Positions 27,305 to 36,300 of a stretch of DNA of 64,000 nt are shown in pieces. The notes under the pieces are model-generated. The model saw nothing but the letters and a program-made list of their open reading frames with translations, had not been told where the DNA came from and did no database searches. Origin of the DNA: Bacteroidales bacterium (GTDB taxonomy: Bacteria > Bacteroidota > Bacteroidia > Bacteroidales > WCHB1-69); NCBI GenBank assembly GCA_045616665.1, contig JAZLHE010000098.1, positions 8,034 to 72,033 on the forward strand, read 5' to 3'. The stretch's first letter is position 1. Each line of letters opens with the position of its first letter. Position numbers and translations under genes: made by a program.

Positions 27305-29269
27305 TTATTTACGACCTTGTTGTTTGGCCATTTGCTGTTGTTTCTTCACCATCTCTTCCATTCTTGCCTGCCATTTGGACTTTTTCGCAGGTTTCTTCAT
27401 ATTTTCGAGCAATTTGGCACGGAGTTTGTCCTGATTGACCGCCAACATAAAAATACCGTTTTGGGCGAAGGTAATCAGGTTGATTAACAAATAGTAATAC
27501 GTCAATCCCGAAGAGAAGCTGTTGAACATAAAGAGGAACATAATCGGCATAAGGTACATCATCCACTTCATCATCTTCTGCTGAGGATCATCGCTGTTGG
27601 CATTAGGCGACATCAGCTTATTATTCATATAAGTATATAGAATCGTCGAAATCGTCATCAACAGCGTGAACAAGCTGACGTGATTGCCATACAAAGGAAT
27701 GTTGAAACTCAAGTCCAGGATTGAATCGTAGGCGGAAAGGTCGTCGGCCCATAGGAATGGCTGCTGACGCAACTCGTAAGCGGAGGGGAAGAAACGGTAC
27801 ATCGCAATGAGGATAGGCATCTGAATCAATGCGGGGAGGCAACCTGCCATTGGACTGGCGCCAGCGCTCTTGTACAGTGCCATCGTGGCCTGCTGCTTTT
27901 TCATCATTTCATCCTGATTGTCGGAATGCGGATAACGCTTGTTAATCATTTCGATTTCCGGCTTGAGGGCACGCATTTTTGCAGAAGACAAATAAGTCTT
28001 GTAGTTGAGCGGCGTCACCAGCAGCTTAATGAAAATGGAAAGAATCAGGATAATGATGCCGTAACTGATTCCATAGCTTTGCAACCAATTGAAAATTGGA
28101 ATCAGCACGCCGCGGTTAATCCATTGCAAGAGGAAGAAACCCCATCCCAGCGGAACCTGGCGTTCCAAATTCAAGTTGTATTCTTTCAGTAATTTATATT
28201 GGTTGGGGCCAACATACATCGTCATATCGAAAGAGCCATTGTCCACGTTTTCGACCGAAAAATCCAAATTGGCTTCCATCGTCTTCAAAATCGATTTCTC
28301 GTTTTTGTCGGGATTCGTCACTTTCAACGCCGCCGTGGCAAAATCATTAGACTTGGCAATAATGGTGGAAGTGAAGAATTGCTGTTTGAAAGACACCCAC
28401 TTCAACGGGGTTGAGAAGTCCTTCTTGTCATTTTTACGTTCATCCAAATTCTTCACGTCTTCAACGTTATCCATATAATATATGGTAGTGATGTCGTGAG
28501 CGATTTGGTAATTGCGTTCTTGGCAGGTAAGTTGGGCATTCCAATCCAATGAATATGTCAAATTGTTGGCATACAAGTAATTGGACATATTCACAAAATT
28601 AATCTTGTAATCGAAATGATAATCGTCGGCATAAAAAGTATAACGATATTCGATATAGCTTTCATTATTTTCGCCAGTTGTTGAGTCGCCTACGGTTGCT
28701 GTCGGGAAAACCTTCAATGACAATACGGCACTGTCCTTGGTGACGACAAGCGTGTCTTTCACATCACTTGAAAAAGTAAGGTCCTTGGTATGCACCGTTG
28801 CCTGATTTTTCAACATCAAATCGATATTGATACTGTTGGCCTCCCCATCATATAAAACCACCTGAGGTTTCGGTTCACCTTTGGGGGCATATTTGTACAC
28901 ATTTTTCAGTTCAATACGTTTCAAATACCCGCCCTTGCGAGCAAAAGAATAGACAGCTTTATTGGTAACCACCTGGAAATCACCATTTTTTGCATCTTTC
29001 GGCATTTGAAAAGCGGTAGCATAAACAGGCAATTTCTTTTTTGCCACCTGAGTGGAATCATTTCCTTCCGTTGGACTACTCGAGTCTTGCGCTTCGGCCT
29101 GCTCCATCATCGCCGTTGAAATCGAATCCTGCATAGCCTTGATTTGCTGATCGGCCATTTCCCTTTCCTGCTGATCTCTTTGTTTGGCATTCTGATGGGA
29201 AGTATAAAAACTAAAACCCATAAAGAGTGCGAAAATAAGAATCAGTCCAATAATCGTATTTTTATCCAT
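27305..29269 (-). CDS. yidC: Membrane protein insertase YidC
   Basis: 654 aa. N-terminal TM, large periplasmic domain, and the C-terminal 60-kDa insertase core (PLNYKTYLSSAKMRALKPEIEMINKRY...GCLPALIQMPILIAMYRFF). Confidence 0.93.
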   Translation of the reverse strand: MDKNTIIGLILIFALFMGFSFYTSHQNAKQRDQQEREMADQQIKAMQDSISTAMMEQAEAQDSSSPTEGNDSTQVAKKKLPVYATAFQMPKDAKNGDFQVVTNKAVYSFARKGGYLKRIELKNVYKYAPKGEPKPQVVLYDGEANSINIDLMLKNQATVHTKDLTFSSDVKDTLVVTKDSAVLSLKVFPTATVGDSTTGENNESYIEYRYTFYADDYHFDYKINFVNMSNYLYANNLTYSLDWNAQLTCQERNYQIAHDITTIYYMDNVEDVKNLDERKNDKKDFSTPLKWVSFKQQFFTSTIIAKSNDFATAALKVTNPDKNEKSILKTMEANLDFSVENVDNGSFDMTMYVGPNQYKLLKEYNLNLERQVPLGWGFFLLQWINRGVLIPIFNWLQSYGISYGIIILILSIFIKLLVTPLNYKTYLSSAKMRALKPEIEMINKRYPHSDNQDEMMKKQQATMALYKSAGASPMAGCLPALIQMPILIAMYRFFPSAYELRQQPFLWADDLSAYDSILDLSFNIPLYGNHVSLFTLLMTISTILYTYMNNKLMSPNANSDDPQQKMMKWMMYLMPIMFLFMFNSFSSGLTYYYLLINLITFAQNGIFMLAVNQDKLRAKLLENMKKPAKKSKWQARMEEMVKKQQQMAKQQGRK

Positions 29270-29290
29270 TCTATAATTTTAATTAGCTTG

Positions 29291-29298
29291 CAAAAATA
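29291..29298 (-). promoter_or_regulatory. -7 promoter box (TATTTTTG on minus strand) for yidC
   Basis: The reverse complement of caaaaata matches TAnnTTTG, 22 nt upstream of the yidC ATG. Confidence 0.45.
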
Positions 29299-29397
29299 CA
29301 AAAAAAAGATTTACTGCTAACGACTGTCCGCAAAGATTTTTCAGTTTTAACATAAACATTTGTAACACAATACTTAACCCGATGACAGCACAAAAAA

Positions 29398-29416
29398 CAC
29401 TGACAAATTGTCAGTG
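29398..29416. promoter_or_regulatory. Perfect 19-bp palindrome cactgacaAATtgtcagtg in the yidC/htpG divergent region
   Basis: 8-bp arms with a 3-nt centre. An A6 run lies on the plus side before it, which is a T6 run after it on the minus strand. Either an operator candidate or an orphan minus-strand hairpin terminator. Confidence 0.4.
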
Positions 29417-29424
29417 ACTCTTAT

Positions 29425-29440
29425 TGGCACACATTTTGCT
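29425..29440 (+). promoter_or_regulatory. Candidate sigma-54 (-24/-12) promoter upstream of htpG
   Basis: TGGCACacattTTGCT has GG and GC at the canonical 12-nt register (consensus TGGCAC-N5-TTGC). It is correctly oriented, 53 nt before the htpG ATG. A sigma-54 activator with GAFTGA is encoded in this window. Confidence 0.4.
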
Positions 29441-29492
29441 TATAAAGGTCATTATCAGATTATGATTTTTTAGAAATTTAAATAAAAAAACT

Positions 29493-31355
29493 ATGTCAAC
29501 AGGTAAAATTCACGTACAGACGGAAAATATCTTTCCGGTAATTAAAAAGTTCTTGTATTCCGATCAGGAAATATTTCTTAGAGAGTTGATTTCCAATGCT
29601 GTAGATGCTTCACAAAAGATCAAGACACTGGTAAGTCTCGGCAAGGCGAGCAGCGAATTGGGCGATTTGACCATTGACGTAAAAGTGGATAAAGATGCCA
29701 AAACGCTGAGCGTCATTGATCACGGAATCGGAATGAGTGGTGAAGAAGTAAAAAAATACATCAATCAGATTGCCTTTTCCAGTGCGGAAGAATTTGTGGA
29801 GAAATACAAGGGAACCGATGCTGCCAACATTATCGGGCACTTTGGACTTGGCTTTTATTCCGCATTTATGGTGTCGTCACTGGTGGAAATCAAAACGAAA
29901 TCTTATCAGGACGAAATGCCTGCGGTACATTGGACTTGCGACGGTTCCACAGAATATTCGATGAAGGAGATCGACAAGAGCGAACGCGGAACCGAAATCA
30001 TCCTGCACATTGCTGAAGACTCGGAAGAATTTTTGGATGAAAGCCGCATTGTGAGCTTATTGCATAAATATTGCAGTTTTCTACCGATTCCAATCCGTTG
30101 CGGCAACGAAAAAGTCTGGGAAAAACCCGAAGGGAAAGATAAGGAGGAAGAAGTCGAAAAACCTCGTATCATCAACAATACCAATCCTTTATGGAAACAG
30201 CAGCCATCTGCGCTCACAGATGAAGACTACAAGAAATTCTATCGCGAACTTTATCCGATGGTCTTTGAAGAACCCCTGTTCCAAATTCACCTCAACGTGG
30301 ATTATCCTTTCAACTTGACAGGCGTTCTCTATTTCCCGAAGGTAAAAAACCAATTGGAATTACAAAAAAACAAAGTACAACTTTATTGTAATCAAGTATT
30401 TATAACCGACCAGTTGGAAGGCATCATTCCTGAATTCATGATGTTGCTGCACGGTGTCATCGACTCGCCCGACATCCCGTTGAATGTTTCGCGCTCGTAC
30501 CTGCAGTCGGACAGCAATGTCAAGAAGATTTCCAACCACATCACCAAGAAAGTGGCGGAAAAGTTGGAGGAAATGTTCAAAAACGACCGTGCCGATTTTG
30601 AGAAGAAATGGGATGACATCAAAATCTTTATTGAATACGGATCTTTGGCAGACGAGAAATTTTTCGAGAAAGCCCAAAAATTCTTCTTGCTGAAGAATAC
30701 CGACGGTAAATATTTCACTTTAGATGAATACAAGACTCAGATTGAGACCTTGCAAAAGGACAAAAACGACACTTTGGTCTATCTTTATGCCGCCGATGTC
30801 AACACGCAACACGTTTATATTGAAAATGCAAAGGCCAAAGGTTATGACGTCTTGTTGATGGACGGCTTTTTGGACACCCACTTCATCAATATGCTGGAAC
30901 AGAAAATCGAAAAGAGCAAATTCACGCGTGTTGATGCCGATATTATCGACAAACTGATTGAAAAAGACGAGATTCTTCCTTCAAAACTGTCTGACGATGA
31001 AAAAGAAAAACTGAAAGGTCTTTTCGAAACCAACGTAGAAAAAGAAAAATTCACGGTTCAAATCGAGAATCTCAGCGAAGAAGACCTCCCCGTGATGATT
31101 ACGCAAAACGAATTTATGAGACGTTATCAGGATATGGGCAAGATTTCCGGACAGCCAAGCTTTGGCAATTTCGAGCACTACAACCTCATTGTCAACGGAA
31201 ATCACAGTCTGGCACAACGTATTTTGTCGGAAACTGACGAAGAAAAGAAAAACACACTGACACAACAACTTATCGACTTGGCACTGCTTTCGCAAAACAT
31301 TTTGACAGGCAAAAAACTGAGCGATTTTGTCAAACGAAGCGTTGATTTGTTATAG
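29493..31355 (+). CDS. htpG: Molecular chaperone HtpG (Hsp90)
   Basis: 620 aa with the GHKL N-domain (YSDQEIFLRELISNAVDA, DHGIGM, GHFGLGFYSAFMV) and Hsp90 middle and C-terminal domains. Confidence 0.95.
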   Translation: MSTGKIHVQTENIFPVIKKFLYSDQEIFLRELISNAVDASQKIKTLVSLGKASSELGDLTIDVKVDKDAKTLSVIDHGIGMSGEEVKKYINQIAFSSAEEFVEKYKGTDAANIIGHFGLGFYSAFMVSSLVEIKTKSYQDEMPAVHWTCDGSTEYSMKEIDKSERGTEIILHIAEDSEEFLDESRIVSLLHKYCSFLPIPIRCGNEKVWEKPEGKDKEEEVEKPRIINNTNPLWKQQPSALTDEDYKKFYRELYPMVFEEPLFQIHLNVDYPFNLTGVLYFPKVKNQLELQKNKVQLYCNQVFITDQLEGIIPEFMMLLHGVIDSPDIPLNVSRSYLQSDSNVKKISNHITKKVAEKLEEMFKNDRADFEKKWDDIKIFIEYGSLADEKFFEKAQKFFLLKNTDGKYFTLDEYKTQIETLQKDKNDTLVYLYAADVNTQHVYIENAKAKGYDVLLMDGFLDTHFINMLEQKIEKSKFTRVDADIIDKLIEKDEILPSKLSDDEKEKLKGLFETNVEKEKFTVQIENLSEEDLPVMITQNEFMRRYQDMGKISGQPSFGNFEHYNLIVNGNHSLAQRILSETDEEKKNTLTQQLIDLALLSQNILTGKKLSDFVKRSVDLL

Positions 31356-31357
31356 TT

Positions 31358-32045
31358 TTAACCGTTTTCCATAATTTTTTTATCCCCATTCCGATTTTCA
31401 GAATGGGGAATTTTTTCGGAATATAGTGAAGGGCTTATAATTACTCGCCAACTTCCATCTACCGGATTCTTCTCAATATAGTTTTTTGCCACAAGCTGAT
31501 TGATAAGTTTCTGTATCGCGGTAATACTTATGCCAAGTTCTTCATGCAACTCTTTTTGCGTCACAGAAGGCATAGTACGCATCAGTCTCAGCATCTTGGC
31601 ATAATTTGGAGAGCGGAAACGTACCATCTCGCCATCATACCACCAATAATTCTCTTTGCGTTCTGTAACAAAAAGATAGTCTCCCCATACTTCATCAGCG
31701 ACAAGACGATTGAAGTACTTCAAGAAGTTTTCTATTTCCTTGATGTTTGCATGTGCACCATCGCCTGGTGCAAAACCCACCACTTGATCTGTTGCATGAA
31801 GAGCTTCCAAATACTCATTTTTCTTGCGACTTCTCACAACAATCATCGGATAGTTATGACGAGACAGGATATAATTAACCATCAATCGTGCGATACGCCC
31901 GTTGCCATCTTCAAAAGGAATGGTTATTGCTTTCCAAACTTTGATAGTGCAAAATTACAAAATTCATTTGAATTATCACCAAAAATTCATCAAAAAGGTT
32001 ATTGCACACCAACCTTTTTGCTACGATTCGAATAATAACATCCAT
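31358..32045 (-). pseudogene. Disrupted, N-terminally truncated Fic/DOC family gene
   Basis: The intact ORF 31358..31885 holds only the post-motif part (RLMVNYILSRHNYPMIVV...) and a C-terminal winged-helix (TQKELHEELGISITAIQKLINQLVAKNYI). Just upstream, PFEDGNGRIARL lies in the same frame, but the catalytic His codon (..LHYQSLESNNH) is in another frame. A single extra T near 31919..31920 separates them, and removing it restores HPFEDGNGRIAR. Only about 43 codons precede the motif, whereas a Fic fold needs roughly 100. Confidence 0.6.
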
Positions 32046-32295
32046 TTATCCAATGGCAATCTAAATGTAAACCATCACTTCGACATCATCTATTACCATA
32101 GGAATTGTCGCCGCCGCACCAGTAATGTGTCAACTCCCACTCACCCTTACAATTGCACGGCACGTCGCCGTCCTGATGTCTCCGACGTATGGAGAAAACA
32201 AAGGAATCTTTACAAGATTAAGCGGAAATTAGTATGAAGTATAAGAAAAAAACATCAAGCATAATTTTAAATAATAAAGATATCAATGTTTTTAG

Positions 32296-32303
32296 TATAT
32301 TTG
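32296..32303 (+). promoter_or_regulatory. -7 promoter box TATATTTG for the GAPDH/dikinase-like operon
   Basis: Exact TAnnTTTG match 32 nt upstream of the ATG at 32335. It is the only such box I see before the gene set 32335..41113. Confidence 0.45.
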
Positions 32304-32334
32304 CAGCAAAATTCAAATTACTACAGGACTACAA

Positions 32335-33336
32335 ATGACGACTAAAATTGGGATTAACGGATTTGGGCGAATAGGAAAGATGGTTTTTCGATTGGCCGAA
32401 GGCGACCAAGACATTGAGATCACCCACATTAACGACAAAATGGACACGCGGCTGATGGCGCATCTGTTGAAATACGACAGCATTCACGGGCGTTTTAACG
32501 CAGAAGTTGATTTTGATCAGGAACATTTAATTGTGAATGGACGAAAAATACTGGTTACCAACGAGATGCAACCAGGAGACATTCCTTGGGGCAAAACCGG
32601 CGTAGAAGTTGTAATAGACTCGTCCGGGCGTTTCAAAACGGCTGCCCTACTCACTCCGCACCTTCGCGACAGCGTAAAAAGGGTAATTCTAAGTTGTCCT
32701 CCTGGAGATTCGAGCATTGAACGCACCATCGTTATGGGCGTTAATCACAGCACGATACAGGAAACGGACCGCATTATTTCCAACGCTTCCTGCACGACCA
32801 ACTGCATCGCCGTGGCCATCAAGGTGGTAAACGACGAATTCGGAATGGTTCGCGGTTTTATGAACACGGTTCATCCTACGACCAACAACCAGAACTTGCA
32901 GGACGGATTTCATTCCGACTACCGGCGGGCACGTTCTGCGATGGCCAACATCATCCCCACCACCTCGAGTGCCGTAAGAACCACTCAATTGGTCATTCCT
33001 GAAATGGCCAACATCTTCGATGGTTTTGCCACACGCGTGCCGGTTGCAGACTGTTCCTTTGTGGAACTGACTGCCGAATTGCACCGGCAGGTCACCACGC
33101 GCGACATCAAAGACGCTTTTCAAAGGCACGCCAACGGTGATTTAAAACCCTATTTGGAATACACGGAAGATCCTATCGTCAGCAGCGACGTTACCAACAA
33201 TCCGCATTCTGCCATTTTTGACGCGATGGCCACTAAGGTCATCGGCGGCAACTTCATCCAGTTGTTAGTCTGGTACGACAACGAATACGGTTATTCATCA
33301 CGCATCATCGACCTAATTAAATATTGCAACAAATGA
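32335..33336 (+). CDS. gap: Glyceraldehyde-3-phosphate dehydrogenase family protein (type I size, divergent)
   Basis: 333 aa with GINGFGRIGK, catalytic SNASCTTNC, TVHPTTNNQ and WYDNEYGYS. The canonical IIP(T/S)STGAAKAV block is replaced by IIPTTSSAVRTT. The TGA overlaps the next ATG (ATGA, 33333..33336). Confidence 0.85.
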   Translation: MTTKIGINGFGRIGKMVFRLAEGDQDIEITHINDKMDTRLMAHLLKYDSIHGRFNAEVDFDQEHLIVNGRKILVTNEMQPGDIPWGKTGVEVVIDSSGRFKTAALLTPHLRDSVKRVILSCPPGDSSIERTIVMGVNHSTIQETDRIISNASCTTNCIAVAIKVVNDEFGMVRGFMNTVHPTTNNQNLQDGFHSDYRRARSAMANIIPTTSSAVRTTQLVIPEMANIFDGFATRVPVADCSFVELTAELHRQVTTRDIKDAFQRHANGDLKPYLEYTEDPIVSSDVTNNPHSAIFDAMATKVIGGNFIQLLVWYDNEYGYSSRIIDLIKYCNK

Positions 33337-36300
33337 ATGAGATGATTAAATCACAAGCGCTGGAAGCCAATCTTTCACGCACACAGAATATTCCCTACAC
33401 CATTCCTGATCATCACCAATGGTTTATGTCGCTTTCCGACAATTATTGGGGAATCCATAAGAGAATCACGGATTTCTTCAACGAATACCACCATCCTTTT
33501 TCAAACAGGAAAGAGATTGTAAATCAATTGGTTAGCGTTACGATTTCTGATTTCTGGCTATATAAGGAATTGGCGGAAGAAGACAAGGAAAAAGCCCTGC
33601 AAATGATCTTTGACATTTACAAGGAACTATTGCAGAAACAGTTGCCCGATGATCTGTGCAAACAACTGATTTACACATTTTTGGATTTCTTCAACAACAG
33701 TTACGAAACCATAGAAAGCACCCATTTCGTCAATGATTTCATACGAATTCTGATCGACAATTTTGATGGGAACCGCTTCAGTTTCCTGTATAATGTCGGA
33801 CATTTCAAGAAAAAACTTCGGAAAGCCGTTGAAAACGAGCAATGTAAAGACGAAGCTTTCAGTTTTATGAAAGATTTGCTCAAGTCCAACGTGCAATTTT
33901 GGGAAGAAAGCACCCAAATTGAAGACTGGTACGAAAAAAACAAGGAAAAAATGTCCAAGGATTATAGTGAAGCCCTAAAACCGTTGGGGAAAGCACTATA
34001 CGCCGACTATTATTCCAACATTGACGAGGCGAAAGATTTTGACGAATTGAGCCAATATGCGTTTACCTTTGCCGACATCATCGAGGCCTACAAGAAAGAA
34101 ATCGACATTTTTGAAAAAGCCAGTGAACAATTCTGCTATATTTTCTACCTGCTTCATTTACCGGGAGTTAAGTATCACAGAGAGTATTTGCTGATTGAGT
34201 TGAACAAGGTCATCAAGAAAATCAGCAACGAATTGGATGAAGAACAGTGCATCGCGTCAATGAACGAATTGTTCGACCAATTCAATGATTTTAAAGAGAA
34301 TCACATCAATCTGATTTTAGATTCCATTCTTACATTAGGAAAGGAAATCATTAATACAAAGAACAATACGCTCATTCATTATCTTGAAAAGAAGATTATT
34401 GATTTCGGCTTTGTCACTCCGGGCATTACCTATATGACCAATGATTGGGAATTGAAGGTGAATCCTTGTCACGTCAAGAACATTCGTGTATGGCTTGAAT
34501 TGATCGAACACGATCCTGAAACGATGCAACGCTTGTTGGCGGCACTGATCATCAACTTGCGGGTGGGCGGCATTTTCATTTTCGATACCGATTTTTTCCA
34601 AAAAGACATCACGAAGCTGCTGAATGCCAAAATTTCTCCTATCTACAAGCAGACCAAGCAATTGGCAAGAATATTCCCAGTCTATTTTAACGAAATCGGG
34701 GCTGAAGGCGTATTGCGAGACGTTTCTACCAAAATTGACGAACTTTCGCACCGCAACGACAAACTGATTCATTTTCTCCGAAAACAAATTCATACGGAAG
34801 GAAACAACTCGCATATTCAAATCACTTTGGATGTTATTCATTTCTGGAAAGATTTGAACAAGAGTCATTTGGAAAAAATCCTTCCACAAAATGTTTACTG
34901 TCTGGTTGATCCTGACGGGATTTGGGTGAAAGGCGTTCACGAAGTCTTGATTAAATTATTAGAGACCAACGATTTAACTGTAGAACAACTGATTGAAAAG
35001 AATAAGGAAGAAGTTGAGGAACTGGTCAAGAACATTCATCACGACAACGAAACAGATGTCAAGCGTGTATGCCTGATTATTGAACTTTATCAGTTGCTGA
35101 AGGAAAAATACATTTTCGACTCCACCGACATCATCAACATTCTCAAGAAATACTATTTTGTTGATAAAGAAGACATTGACAAATTAGAGCTTTTGTTGGA
35201 GAAAGACGAACCCGTGGCCACCCTGAAGCACATTTTCTCCTTGATGAAGAAACTGAACGACATCATTTTTGACGAAAAGAAAAGCGAAGGATGGGAAAAT
35301 GTATTCTACAAGAGACACATTGCCTTTGGCATTCCATCGATGTACGGCTATTACAAAGAAGTCAAATTTGATGCCTTAGGATTGACATTTCGTTTGGAAC
35401 GTATCGCCTCCGTATTGGTGAAGCGTATCATTATGGGAATCAACACGGAATTTTTCACGCTGAAAGTGTTCAAGGAAATCTGTGATATGATCAAATTGCT
35501 TAGGGACGGTTTGAGTTTGGACGGCATTCACGACCAGAGTTTCGACTCCAATCTCAAGATGCTTGAATACAGCTTGACTTCAGGATGCTTCACTATTGAT
35601 CAGTATATCAACATTTTCCAATTTATGGAAGGAAGCATTAAGGAAATCATCAACAACTACTTCATTCGTCCGTACGATATGTTGTTGAAGATTATCATTC
35701 CGCAGCAAAATCCAGAAATTAACGATAAATATCTGATTAAAAAGACAATAGCACAGAAATCTGAAATTTTCTATCGCGAACTTCTTTCTTCAGCGTTTAT
35801 CATTCAGCAATTGGACAATTTTATGGGCGAGATTCTGAACAATCTTCGCAAGCAGGTCAACGTCCTGACATCGGAAGAAGCCCAGAACATTATGACTTAC
35901 GACCAGAAGATGGCCATTAGTCCGTTATATCACGAAACGCCGACGATAGACAATCAGGTGTTCATTGGTTCGAAGGCCTATTATCTGAAGAAATTATACT
36001 TGAATGACTATCCCGTACCGCCCGGATTCATCATCACCACTGAAATTTTTCGCAGGATCAAATCCATTCTCAAGGTGGATTCCATCAACAACGAACTGGA
36101 CCAGATGATCAAGTCTCATTTATCTAAGATTGAGAAGATTACGGGTTGCAAATATGGAGATCCGCACAATCCATTGCTGTTGAGTGTCCGGTCCGGTTCG
36201 GCCATTTCGATGCCAGGAGCAATGAGCACGTTTTTGAATGTTGGTTTGAATGACGAGATAACCGAAGAATTGAGCAAGCAGGACAATTACGCGTGGACTT

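Noticed and set aside
31544-32237. Plus-strand ORFs of 163 aa and 111 aa across the Fic remnant region.
   Set aside because: They are antisense to the Fic-derived frames, which carry the canonical GNGR motif. Their composition is implausible and no promoter box precedes them.
31358-32334. A mobile element or genomic island boundary around the Fic remnant.
   Set aside because: No integrase, transposase, tRNA gene or flanking direct repeats are visible. Only gene decay can be supported.
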